Shown: positions 49,326 to 58,492 of the stretch, piece after piece
Layout of the letters: the number at the start of each line of letters is the position of its first letter
How positions within the stretch are numbered: position 1 is the stretch's first letter
Source: an uncultured Burkholderiales bacterium
Lineage (GTDB): Bacteria; Pseudomonadota; Gammaproteobacteria; Burkholderiales; REEB80
Reading direction: 5' to 3'
DNA length: 60,492 nucleotides
NCBI GenBank assembly: GCA_964473355.1
Contig: CAYYOS010000001.1
Coordinates: 1-60,492 of the forward strand
Notes under the pieces: generated by a model
Database searches by the model: none
The model's input: the letters and a program-made list of their open reading frames with translations, nothing else
What the model was told of the DNA's origin: nothing
Made by a program: the position numbers and the translations under genes

Positions 49326-49694
49326 CTATGTCGTCTCGAAAGCCAGGCGCATCGACTTGGCAATCTCGCCGAGACGTTTGTCCCGTGTCCACAGTTGCAC
49401 GTTTCCCGCTAGAGAAATTCCGGATAGAAGGTGGGCGTCGACGTAGCCGATACCCTTACCCATTAAGTCGTGCCGCTCGATAAAAAAGAGTACCTCCTCA
49501 TTAGAAGCCATCGGGGCGGCAGGCAAGTCCTGCAATAAAGATAAAATAGCTTTGCGGTTCTTTAGATTGCCACAAGCCAGTTCCCCAACGATGAAAGGGT
49601 GCGCCATCACCCGACCTGTGTTTAGGAGTTCCACCAGTACCGGCTCACCGGCTTGTAGATGATCAATCCAGACCGAGCTGTCGACCAAAATCAC
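49326..49694 (-). CDS. vapC: PIN-domain toxin VapC
   Basis: MILVDSSVWIDHL... and GIGYVDAHLL motifs. 4-nt overlap with vapB. Confidence 0.8.
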   Translation of the reverse strand: MILVDSSVWIDHLQAGEPVLVELLNTGRVMAHPFIVGELACGNLKNRKAILSLLQDLPAAPMASNEEVLFFIERHDLMGKGIGYVDAHLLSGISLAGNVQLWTRDKRLGEIAKSMRLAFETT

Positions 49695-49888
49695 GTCGGG
49701 CGGGATTGACGTCGGGGAATAGGCCGCAACTGAGGTTCGGTACCGCCCAATTGCGCCAAACGACGGGCGCTTTCCCTTTCTATCAAGGCCTTAAGCCCTT
49801 CTCGGACGAGCGCAGTCCTTTCCTTCAGGCCGCTCAGATGTTGCGCCTTGGCGAGCAACTCGTCCTCAATGTTTAGCGTGGTTCTCAT
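49691..49888 (-). CDS. vapB: VapB-family antitoxin
   Basis: 65 aa. The MRTTLNIEDELLAKAQ start is typical of VapB antitoxins. Inverted repeats gatgcct-taact-aggcatc and atcat-ttg-atgat (49911-49939) lie just upstream. Confidence 0.75.
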   Translation of the reverse strand: MRTTLNIEDELLAKAQHLSGLKERTALVREGLKALIERESARRLAQLGGTEPQLRPIPRRQSRPT

Positions 49889-50013
49889 AGGTTTCCTTAA
49901 TCAAGAATGTGATGCCTTAACTAGGCATCATTTGATGATTAATACCATGATTACGTTTTGATGGCAAGGCAGCTAATTTTACCCGCGCCCAACCCTGATA
50001 GTAATCTAGCATA

Positions 50014-50946
50014 TTAAGTTTGCGCGTGCGGCAGGATTCCTTTTAAGGTACTAAAGCTCGTTGCGCGCACGGTTTTTAAAAAATCTTGTACATACGCCAG
50101 ACTTTCCGCACTTCGCGTCGTCGCGGCGTAGAGTTCTCCCCAAAAACCTTTTTTCCCGATGGGTTTAGCCAAGACATAGCCGCGTTCTATATAAGTCTGC
50201 ACACTCCAGTTCGGCAACGCAGCAATGCCGCGGCCGCTGGCGACCAGTTGCAAAATGGCCGCCGTTAGTTCGGCAGTGCGCCTTTTGGGGCGTATGCCAC
50301 GGGGTTTCAATATTTTACGAACCAAATCCAGCATCTCATCAGGAACGGGATAAGTAATGAGGATTTCTTTTGCAAAGTCTTGGGGATTTAGATACGGCTT
50401 ATCTAAAAAACGATGCTGATTGGCAATCAAAGTCACAATCTCAAATCGAAATAAAGGATGAAAACTAATATCTTTTCGCGCGCGGGGTTCGGAAACGATA
50501 ACCACATCCGCTTCGTTGTCCAGCAATAGCCGCACCGGTTCGATATGAAAGCCTGCCACTAAGTCCAATTCCACTTCCGGCCAGTGAGACCGAAAGCTAT
50601 CCATGGAGGGCATGAGCCAATCAAAACAACTATGGCACTCTACTGCAATCCGCAAGCGCCCCACGCCGCCCTGAGAAATGCGCGCCAGATCACGCTCCCC
50701 TTGATCAATCAAAGCAGTCACGCTAAGTGCTAAGGCATGAAGCCGAGCCCCGCTGGCGGTCAAACGCAGAGGCTGGGTTTTGCGCTCGAACAACGTTACG
50801 CCGTATTGATCCTCCAATTGCTTAATCTGATGGGACAGCGCCGATTGCGTGAGATGAACACGCGCCGCGGCTTGGGTCAAGCTGCCGGATTCCACCAATG
50901 CGATCAAAGTGTAAAAATGCCGAAGTTCTAGGATTGAAGTGCTCAT
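50014..50946 (-). CDS. metR: LysR-family transcriptional regulator, MetR-like
   Basis: 310 aa. The N-terminal HTH (LELRHFYTLIALVESGSLTQAAARVHLTQSALSHQIKQLE...LFERKTQPLRLT) closely follows the MetR pattern. metE lies 3.3 kb away on the opposite strand. Confidence 0.7.
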   Translation of the reverse strand: MSTSILELRHFYTLIALVESGSLTQAAARVHLTQSALSHQIKQLEDQYGVTLFERKTQPLRLTASGARLHALALSVTALIDQGERDLARISQGGVGRLRIAVECHSCFDWLMPSMDSFRSHWPEVELDLVAGFHIEPVRLLLDNEADVVIVSEPRARKDISFHPLFRFEIVTLIANQHRFLDKPYLNPQDFAKEILITYPVPDEMLDLVRKILKPRGIRPKRRTAELTAAILQLVASGRGIAALPNWSVQTYIERGYVLAKPIGKKGFWGELYAATTRSAESLAYVQDFLKTVRATSFSTLKGILPHAQT

Positions 50947-51148
50947 GAGTGCAGATAATGATTATTGAAAAAAGAATGAACCGTAATAATACCTGAATCG
51001 CTGTCACCATAAAACGCCCCAGGCTAGGGTCAGACTTCCTATCACGGTAATTCCAGCTTTCCTTGGGAGCTAATCCTTAGGGCTGTAGAGAGGGGACTTA
51101 TAATATTCCATTGTATTCAACTTACGTATATTATGGTAATATACTGCT

Positions 51149-51421
51149 ATGGTCGATCTGACACGCATCACTGGCTTAGAATGGGACGAGGGAAACGCCC
51201 GCAAGAACGAGAAGCATGGTGTCCTACCCATGGAAGCTGAACAAGTATTTTTCAACCAGCCGTTGCTGTTGTTAGATGATGTCAGGCACAGCCAAGCCGA
51301 GCCACGCTTCCATGCGTTGGGAAAGACTCACGGAGGACGGTTATTACACATCACTTTTACTATAAGGGAAGAAGCGATTCGAATCGTCTCAGCACGAGAT
51401 ATGCACGAAAGGAGCGGGTAA
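51149..51421 (+). CDS. brnT: BrnT-family toxin
   Basis: 90 aa. LEWDEGNARKNEKHGV motif, then FHALGKT..GRLL and IRIVSARDM. Confidence 0.75.
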   Translation: MVDLTRITGLEWDEGNARKNEKHGVLPMEAEQVFFNQPLLLLDDVRHSQAEPRFHALGKTHGGRLLHITFTIREEAIRIVSARDMHERSG

Positions 51422-51424
51422 TTT

Positions 51425-51691
51425 ATGAACAAGAAACTTAAGGCTATTCCAGCCTTCGCATCCGAAGCCGCCGAGCGGCGCTTCTGGGAAACTCACGATA
51501 GCACGGACTACGTAGACTGGTCGAAAGCAAGGCGCGTCGTTCTGCCAAACCTCAGGCCATCAACCGAAAGCATTTCCCTGCGGCTGCCCAAGCATTTGCT
51601 GGAAGCCATCAAGGCCGCCGCCAACGCGCGCGACGTACCTTATCAATCACTCATCAAGGTGTGGCTGCAAGAAAAACTTGAGCAGCACTAA
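51425..51691 (+). CDS. brnA: BrnA-family (CopG-like) antitoxin
   Basis: 88 aa. SEAAERRFWETHDSTDYVD...ISLRLPKHLLEAIKAAANARDVPYQSLIKVWL. Confidence 0.75.
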   Translation: MNKKLKAIPAFASEAAERRFWETHDSTDYVDWSKARRVVLPNLRPSTESISLRLPKHLLEAIKAAANARDVPYQSLIKVWLQEKLEQH

Positions 51692-51884
51692 CCCTAACTT
51701 GACATACGTATCCAACGCCGGCTCGTTTCTTCTAATGACATATTTATCGCTACGCCGTCAGCCGGGCGCTTGCACCAGATATTCCTGGAGCAGTTCGCAA
51801 TCGCCTGAGCTGTGGAACCAATAATCCACCGCTGACTTGTGGTTTCGATACTGCCGATGTCGCCTGCAAGAAAACAATCGCTCG

Positions 51885-52652
51885 TCACTTGTTTTGCCTC
51901 AAGAGGGGGTCTTGACAATAAAACAGCGCCAATTGCTGATAAACCGCTGGATAAGTTTGCTGCACTGTTTGCGGCATACCGAAAAATACTTCGCTGATGA
52001 CAGCGAAAAACTCCGCCGGCTCTTCCGCGGCATAAGGATCAATCTCAGTTTTCACGCCAGCCTCCACTTGCGCACAAAAGTCGCTGTAAGCCGCACCGAA
52101 TGCGGCGCTCCACGCCGGCCGACTCATTTGATCGTGTAGCGGTGGAAAGCCATTGGCCTCGCCGTTACGCATGTCGAGCTTGTGGGCGAATTCGTGAATC
52201 ACCACGCTGTAGCCAGCCACATCGTGGCCTATAACGTCTGCCCACGAAAGGATAACCGGCCCGGCAGACCACGATTCACCGCTCATCGGCTCATGCACAC
52301 GATGCACGATGCCAGCCTTGTCCATATATTCACGCTCGGGAATAAATTCGCCGGGATAAACGATGATCTCCACCCAACCATCGTAGTAATCGAGATCAAG
52401 ATTCAGAATCAGGATACACGCCTGCGTCGCAATCATCACGCGCATTTCGTTGGTGAGGACTAATCCACCCGCTGCGCTGAAATGTTTGCTGTGCAAAAAC
52501 AGCACCACCCATTCGCGCAGGCGGACAAGCTCGTCTTGTGTTAAACCATCCAGGAAAGTGAGCCGCGCTACCACGCCGCGCCATACATCATCCGGCAGCG
52601 ATTGGCGTTTTAGGGTGCGGCGGCGGCCCCAAGCTTTCAAATTCCAGAACAT
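51885..52652 (-). CDS. mtfA: M90-family zinc metallopeptidase (MtfA-like)
   Basis: 255 aa. HEFAHKLD zinc motif, GWVEIIVYP and DPYAAEEPAEFFAVISEVFF. Confidence 0.8.
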   Translation of the reverse strand: MFWNLKAWGRRRTLKRQSLPDDVWRGVVARLTFLDGLTQDELVRLREWVVLFLHSKHFSAAGGLVLTNEMRVMIATQACILILNLDLDYYDGWVEIIVYPGEFIPEREYMDKAGIVHRVHEPMSGESWSAGPVILSWADVIGHDVAGYSVVIHEFAHKLDMRNGEANGFPPLHDQMSRPAWSAAFGAAYSDFCAQVEAGVKTEIDPYAAEEPAEFFAVISEVFFGMPQTVQQTYPAVYQQLALFYCQDPLLRQNK

Positions 52653-52857
52653 GGCGGCGCAATCATTCTTCCTCGGCTTCCAATGTACGTTGTGTTCCCC
52701 TTCGGCGATTCTAGTTCCACAGCTGCTTTGTTGGCCGGCCTCTTGTTTGACCAGATTAGCTAAATAGCGAGAAAGGGGAAGATTGGCTTGCTTAGCCTTG
52801 TTGCGGATCTGGGCCTCTACCTCGGATGTACTCGAATATATTTTTTACATGCGAATG

Positions 52858-53310
52858 TTAACTTGGCTCAGCGCAAAACGTTGAGTGCGTCAATTCAAGA
52901 CCTGACCCTGACCCGCTCCTGTGGGGCGCTGAGATGAATTCCAGGCGGTTTTTGCGGGTGCTGAAGCTTTGCCATTCGTTTTCGAAGATGTAGCTGCCGG
53001 TCCAGCGTTCCTCGAATTCCACTTCGCCACCACCCTCGTCGCTCCCGCGAAGGCGGGAGTCCAGGGGATTCGCAGAGTCATGGATTCCCGCTCCCCGGTC
53101 GTAGCCGGGGGCAGGTTTCGCGGGAATGACAGCGTCTGGGGCGGGAATGAGGGCATTAACACCACTCTCTTTGGCGACCTTGATAATCTCGCGGCGGGAC
53201 CTGTAGTCGAAATCCATGGTCCAGTAGTTCGCCCAGTCGGCCGAATCCTTGGTGATTAACTCGCGCTTTTCGGTGTCGCTGAGGTCGTAGGCGGGTTTGT
53301 GTTTGAACAT
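52858..53310 (-). CDS. hypothetical protein carrying an in-frame REP-like repeat insertion
   Basis: 150-aa ORF. The central ~40 aa (ALIPAPDAVIPAKPAPGYDRGAGIHDSANPLDSRLRGSDEGGG) is the translation of the repeat element at 53033-53153. The flanks have no recognised family. The coding status is uncertain. Confidence 0.3.
   Translation of the reverse strand: MFKHKPAYDLSDTEKRELITKDSADWANYWTMDFDYRSRREIIKVAKESGVNALIPAPDAVIPAKPAPGYDRGAGIHDSANPLDSRLRGSDEGGGEVEFEERWTGSYIFENEWQSFSTRKNRLEFISAPHRSGSGSGLELTHSTFCAEPS
53033..53153. repeat. compound REP-like repeat element
   Basis: gctcccgcgaaggcgggagtcc, then ggattcccgc-tccccggtcgtagccgggggca-ggtttcgcgggaatgac, then ggcgggaatga. This is the same family as 20174-20198, with a nested hairpin. 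Confidence 0.6.
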
Positions 53311-53313
53311 GGT

Positions 53314-53769
53314 TCAGACGTTCGGCAGCTGATCTACCGTCAGCACGGGGATGCGGGCTGACACTACGCTGAGGCGCAGGTCCCCGGTAACAAATACCGT
53401 ACAACTCGCTTGGATGGCGGTGGCGATGTGCAGCGCGTCTAACAGCTTGAGCGCCGGATAATCAGCCCTCAATTCGGCGGCAAGTTCCACGGTTTGCTCG
53501 TCCAGCGTGTGAATGAATACCGCGTTGTAGCCTGATAACAATGCACGATAACGGTCCGCCAGTTCGGTTTGACGGAGTTGCAAGGGCCGGACCAGCACTT
53601 CAGCCCGTGTAATCAGGCTAGTGCTGGCAGCGCATTGCTCCAAATAAATCATGCGAATTATTTGACCGATGGCCTGCCGTAATGCCCCAGCCTGTGCCTC
53701 GAACGCATAAATGAAAATATTACTGTCGAGATAAAGCGTTGTGCCGCGCAATTCGTCTAGCGATTTCAT
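53314..53769 (-). CDS. vapC: PIN-domain toxin (VapC/FitB-like)
   Basis: 151 aa. LYLDSNIFIYAFE N-terminal motif and LLDALHIATA in the C-terminal half. 4-nt overlap with the antitoxin. Confidence 0.75.
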   Translation of the reverse strand: MKSLDELRGTTLYLDSNIFIYAFEAQAGALRQAIGQIIRMIYLEQCAASTSLITRAEVLVRPLQLRQTELADRYRALLSGYNAVFIHTLDEQTVELAAELRADYPALKLLDALHIATAIQASCTVFVTGDLRLSVVSARIPVLTVDQLPNV

Positions 53770-54050
53770 CGATCCTGGCGCAGCTCATCCATGTACTGGT
53801 TTAGCTCGTCTAGCGAGTTGATGTGAGCATAGCGGTTGTCTGTGATTGCCGCTTCAATGTCATCAATGGTGAGGGGGTCATATTTGAGTTTAATCCGCGG
53901 CGGTAGTTTAGGCGCAGTACGAGGGGCAGCGATGGCCTGCTCGATGAGCGCTACAGCTTCCTTATTAAGCGATCGGTGATTGCGCTGTGCTTGGCTCTTC
54001 AGCGCGGCGTGCAAATGCTCGGGCAAGTTTTTGATCACGAGAGTACTCAT
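53766..54050 (-). CDS. antitoxin (FitA / Arc-type, 'plasmid stability protein'-like)
   Basis: Start set to the ATG at 54050. MSTLVIKNLPEHLHAALKSQAQRNHRSLNKEAVALIEQAI is a ribbon-helix-helix pattern. Confidence 0.7.
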   Translation of the reverse strand: MSTLVIKNLPEHLHAALKSQAQRNHRSLNKEAVALIEQAIAAPRTAPKLPPRIKLKYDPLTIDDIEAAITDNRYAHINSLDELNQYMDELRQDR

Positions 54051-54308
54051 AAGGGCTTTCTGGAACGACAATTCCAAAATAATACCAAAATGCTAGCGTT
54101 TCGTCACCTAGTGTATCGTTAATGCAAACTAGCGTCATATGTCTCCAGCATAGCGCTTTTGTTCGAAGGGTACGCTCACCGATCAAAGCCGCTAAAAAAC
54201 AAATGCCCCTGGGGAGGTATCATTAAAAAATTTCATGCTATACAGAAAAACAATGAGTTTGAATAATAATTAGATTTACCCTATCTTTCAAATCTTTTGA
54301 AAGATTTT

Positions 54309-56573
54309 ATGGTTACGACCCACAATCTAGGTTTCCCTCGCATCGGCGCGCGCCGAGAGCTCAAGAGTGCACTGGAAGGCTATTGGCAGGGAAAGTTGAG
54401 CGAAGCCGAGCTTTACGAAACCGGCAAAATGCTACGAGCGCAGCATTGGCAAGCACAGCAAGAGGCCGGACTCACTTATATTCCGGTTGGAGATTTTGCG
54501 TGGTACGACCACATGCTGAACATGACGGCGCTACTGGGCGCTGCGCCTGCGCGGTTTGGTTTTAATTCCTCGGCCCTCACATTAGAACAATATTTTGCCT
54601 TAGCGCGCGGCACGAAAGCCCAGGGCGCGATGGAGCTAACGAAATGGTTTGATAGCAACTATCACTACCTGGTCCCGGAATTTTCTGCGGACAGCGAATT
54701 TCAGTTGGGTGTGGATTGGTTGTTTCGCGAAGTGGAAGAGGCCAAAAGCTTAGGGCTAAGACCGAAGCCAGTGTTGATCGGGCCGCTGACGTATCTTTAT
54801 CTAGGCAAAGAAAAAGATCCTGATTTTAATCGCTGGGATTTATTGCCTAAATTACTGCCGGTGTATAAGGAAATTCTAAGCCGTCTTAAAGCCCAGGGCA
54901 TAGAATGGGTGCAGGTCGATGAACCCGCTCTGGCTTTGGATTTACCCGCGGAATGGCTCGCGGCGTTTCAACCCACTTATGTAGAACTAAGTAGAAACGC
55001 GCCATCGATTTTACTCGCCACTTATTTTGCGTCCGTGGCCCGCCACGCACCCATGCTAAAAAATTTACCGGTGAGTGGGTTGCATATCGACGCCGTTCGC
55101 GCGCCGGAACAGGTGGATGTTTTTCTTGACGGCTATCCCTTAGAAAAAATACTCTCGATTGGCATCATAGACGGCCGCAATGTCTGGAAAAGCGACCTGG
55201 ATCGCGCGCTGGGTATTTTGGAGCCGGCGTATCGCGAACTTAAGGCGCGCTTATGGGTAGCGCCTAGTTGTTCCTTGTTGCACGTGCCCATAGACTTAAG
55301 TCTTGAAACGGCTTTGCCCCCGGAGAGCAAAAATTGGCTGGCCTTCGCCGTGCAAAAGTTGGATGAAATTTCTATATTAGCCAAGGGCCTTATTGAGGGA
55401 ACGAGCGCTGTTGATGACGCGTTACGCGCCGCGCGGCAAACGCAACAGCAGCGCCGCAATTCCCCCGTGGCTCACAATCAGGCACTTCGGCAAAAAATCG
55501 CCGCCTTTCAGGCTAATGGCAAGGGCGGACGGTCGGCATTTAGTAAGCGCCAGTCTGCACAAAAATCGCGTTTTAAATTGCCGCTATTTCCCACCACGAC
55601 CATCGGTTCCTTTCCCCAGACATCAGCTATCCGCAAGGCGCGTGCCGATTACAAGCACGGCAAAATCTCCGCCGAGGCGTATCAAGTAGAAATGGCGGAG
55701 GAAATCCGCGCCGCCGTCGCAAGGCAAGAAGCAATCGGCTTGGATGTGTTGGTGCATGGTGAAGCCGAACGTAATGACATGGTGGAATATTTCGGCGAAC
55801 AGTTGCAAGGGTTCGCTTTCACGCAGAATGGCTGGGTGCAAAGCTATGGCTCGCGCTGCGTTAAGCCGCCGATTATTTTTGGCGACGTTTATAGAACTAA
55901 GCCCATGACCGTCGAATGGAGCAAGTATGCGCAGAGCTTAACGGCAAAACCCATGAAGGGCATGTTGACCGGGCCAGTGACGATTCTGCAGTGGTCGTTT
56001 GTGCGCGATGATCAGCCGCGAGCAGAAACCGCCATGCAAATTGCGCTGGCGATTCGTGACGAGGTGTGCGATTTAGAGGCCGCCGGCATCGGCATGATAC
56101 AAATCGACGAACCGGCTTTACGCGAAGGGTTGCCCTTACGGCGCGCCGAGTGGGAAGAGTATTTGCGTTGGGCGGTGCATGCGTTCCAAGTGGCGGCAGG
56201 CGGCGTAAAAGATGAAACCCAAATACACACCCATATGTGTTATTCGGAGTTTAATGCCATCTTACCGGCGATAGTGGCGTTGGACGCGGATGTTATAACC
56301 ATTGAAACGGCGCGCTCGAAATTAAAGCTATTTGAGGGCTTGGATAAATTTCCCTATCCGAATGAAATCGGCCCGGGCATTTACGACATACACAGCCCGC
56401 ACATCCCCAACGTGCAAGAGATGGTTGCGCTGTTGGAAAAAGCCCGCGCTGTCATCCCCGTAGACCGCTTGTGGGTGAACCCGGATTGCGGTTTAAAAAC
56501 TCGGGGGTGGGAGGAAGTTGAAACGGCGCTGGTCAATATGGTTGAAGCCGCGAAGATTATGCGCGCGGGCTAG
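54309..56573 (+). CDS. metE: cobalamin-independent methionine synthase
   Basis: [13 protein letters not shown] start, two Meth_synt halves, and zinc ligand contexts ([15 protein letters not shown]). Confidence 0.95.
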   Translation: MVTTHNLGFPRIGARRELKSALEGYWQGKLSEAELYETGKMLRAQHWQAQQEAGLTYIPVGDFAWYDHMLNMTALLGAAPARFGFNSSALTLEQYFALARGTKAQGAMELTKWFDSNYHYLVPEFSADSEFQLGVDWLFREVEEAKSLGLRPKPVLIGPLTYLYLGKEKDPDFNRWDLLPKLLPVYKEILSRLKAQGIEWVQVDEPALALDLPAEWLAAFQPTYVELSRNAPSILLATYFASVARHAPMLKNLPVSGLHIDAVRAPEQVDVFLDGYPLEKILSIGIIDGRNVWKSDLDRALGILEPAYRELKARLWVAPSCSLLHVPIDLSLETALPPESKNWLAFAVQKLDEISILAKGLIEGTSAVDDALRAARQTQQQRRNSPVAHNQALRQKIAAFQANGKGGRSAFSKRQSAQKSRFKLPLFPTTTIGSFPQTSAIRKARADYKHGKISAEAYQVEMAEEIRAAVARQEAIGLDVLVHGEAERNDMVEYFGEQLQGFAFTQNGWVQSYGSRCVKPPIIFGDVYRTKPMTVEWSKYAQSLTAKPMKGMLTGPVTILQWSFVRDDQPRAETAMQIALAIRDEVCDLEAAGIGMIQIDEPALREGLPLRRAEWEEYLRWAVHAFQVAAGGVKDETQIHTHMCYSEFNAILPAIVALDADVITIETARSKLKLFEGLDKFPYPNEIGPGIYDIHSPHIPNVQEMVALLEKARAVIPVDRLWVNPDCGLKTRGWEEVETALVNMVEAAKIMRAG

Positions 56574-56574
56574 T

Positions 56575-56977
56575 TTTCGTGCCCTGCTTGACGGCGGGCA
56601 TACACAAATTCGGACGAAAGACACAGAGAATGGCATCAGTCGTTTGACGCTGGAAAAATTGGCAGAGTACTTGGGGGCAGCGACATTATTGTTTCAACCA
56701 TTTCCGCTTGGGAAATCGCGATGCTGGTTGAGCGGGAAAAACTGCTGCTATTATCAATGGACGTGAGCAGTTGGCTTGCAACGATCGCGGAAATTGAGGC
56801 TGTGTGCTTCGAGCCCGTGGACGTGGACGTGCCGACAAAGTCTGTAGTGCTACCCGGCAAATTTCATAAAGATCCGGCAGATCGCATGATAGTGGCTACG
56901 GCTCGCAAGCTGGCCGCGCCTTTGTGACTATGGATGATAAGATTCGAGCGTACGCGCACGTGAAGACAATTTGGTAG
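56575..56977 (+). pseudogene. decayed PIN-domain (VapC) toxin gene, frameshifted, with no start codon and no antitoxin
   Basis: Three frames must be joined: FRALLDGGHTQIR...LSRLTLEKL, then IVSTISAWEIAMLVEREKL...GKFHKDPADRMIVATARKLAAPL(stop), then (L)VTMDDKIRAYAHVKTIW(stop). It begins 2 bp after the metE stop. Confidence 0.6.
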
Positions 56978-57008
56978 GGGGTAAATAACCATTCTTGAGC
57001 GGGCCTTC

Positions 57009-58022
57009 TCATGCCAGATCTTGGTGGGGCCGAATCCTCCGACAAATATCCGAAACTAAATTCGGGCCCTTATAAATCAAGCCGCTATAAATCTGTACTA
57101 AATTCGCGCCAGCATCCAGTCGCTCTTTCGCATCCTCGGCGCTCATAATTCCCCCCGTGGCAATTATGGGGAAAGTCTCACCCAGAGCGCTGCGCAATTG
57201 TTTCAAGAGCGTTAGAGCCAGCGTTTTTAAGGGCTGGCCGCTTAAGCCACCTGGGCCAGTAAAGTCCACCCCGGGGCGGGTGATAGTCGTATTGCTAACG
57301 ATTAGCGCATCGATTTTGTGGTCCAAAAAAAGGTGCGTCAGCTCGTCCAAGGCTTGGAGCTCAATATCGGGGGATATCTTCAGGGCCAGTGAAACGAACT
57401 TGCCGTTAACTTCGGTTAAAGTGTCGCGTTCTTCTACTAATGTCTGCAAAAACTCACTTAATAGGGAAGGTTCAAGTAGCTCCCGTAATTGAGCCGTATT
57501 CGGTGAGGAGATATTTACCGCGACATAATCCGCGTAAGGTGCGACTTTGCGCAGACAAGTTACATAATCATCGATGGCATTTTCTATCGGCGTGTTTGCA
57601 TTTTTGCCAATGTTGATGCCTAAAATTCCCGAATAGCGGGCACCTTTTATGTTTTCGATGAGCTGATCCACGCCTAGATTGTTAAAACCCATGCGGTTGA
57701 TCAGCGCTTCTTGCTTGGGCAGGCGGAACAGCCGTGGTTTAGGGTTGCCGGGTTGAGGTAGGGGCGTAACGGTGCCGATTTCTAGAAAGCCAAATCCTAG
57801 GGTGGCAAGCGCATCTAAATATTGGCCGTTTTTATCTAAGCCTGCGGCGAGTCCGACTGGATTGGGAAAGTCTAGTCCCATCACGCGGACGGGCCCAACG
57901 TTTAAGGGTTTGGGCTGGCCCCAACCCATTTGCTGAACAAGTTTCAGGCCCTCGAGCGTGATATGATGGACGGATTCAGGCTCCAAGCAAAACAACAGGG
58001 GGCGAATTAACGAGTAAAGCAT
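57009..58022 (-). CDS. pyrD: dihydroorotate dehydrogenase (quinone), class 2
   Basis: 337 aa. GLAAGLDKNG, FGFLEIGTVTP, NISSPNT and IIATGGI motifs. Confidence 0.9.
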   Translation of the reverse strand: MLYSLIRPLLFCLEPESVHHITLEGLKLVQQMGWGQPKPLNVGPVRVMGLDFPNPVGLAAGLDKNGQYLDALATLGFGFLEIGTVTPLPQPGNPKPRLFRLPKQEALINRMGFNNLGVDQLIENIKGARYSGILGINIGKNANTPIENAIDDYVTCLRKVAPYADYVAVNISSPNTAQLRELLEPSLLSEFLQTLVEERDTLTEVNGKFVSLALKISPDIELQALDELTHLFLDHKIDALIVSNTTITRPGVDFTGPGGLSGQPLKTLALTLLKQLRSALGETFPIIATGGIMSAEDAKERLDAGANLVQIYSGLIYKGPNLVSDICRRIRPHQDLA

Positions 58023-58410
58023 TGTTCCAATTTTATATCGAAAGCTATGTTTAAAAATCGCAAAGTCAAGAAATCTAATTTGGACCTAGGTTCACCCAAG
58101 TTAGAAACGCAAACGTATGCACTCTCACCTCGAACAGGGGAGTCTGAGGTGGACGCCCTGGTTCGTCAATTGGTGAAGATCGAGAGCATCGCCGAAGATC
58201 AGCGTAAAGGATATCAGCGTTGGTGGAAAATCGATAAGCCCCACCAAGCGCGAGATCAAATTCAACCGCTGGATGCGAATAAGGATATTCAGCAGTTAGA
58301 TAGGGATTCAGGTATTGAGCGGCGCAATATGCGTGGCCAAGGCGGTGGTAGCTCTTAACCCTTACTAATTTTAAACCCCTTTGTCCGGCTTCGCGTCGAC
58401 CGATTTTCAT

Positions 58411-58435
58411 GTCATTCCCGCGAGGGCGCGAGAAC
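58411..58435. repeat. REP-like palindromic repeat copy (degenerate)
   Basis: gtcattcccgcgagggcgcgagaac in the pyrD / PMM intergenic region. Confidence 0.5.
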
Positions 58436-58492
58436 CGCGAACTATTAGCGGTACTCTCTAAATCCGCCGATGAAGAAGGTCTAAGACCTGCC

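Noticed and set aside
51694-51918. 74-aa minus-strand ORF between brnA and mtfA as a possible additional small gene.
   Set aside because: It overlaps the 3' end of mtfA and has no motif, no ribosome-binding site and an odd composition.
54078-54308. Cobalamin (B12) or SAM riboswitch upstream of metE.
   Set aside because: No B12-box-like (rAGYCMGgAgaCCkGCc) or other conserved riboswitch core was seen by eye, and the region is AT-rich and short. An Infernal/Rfam scan would be the proper test.
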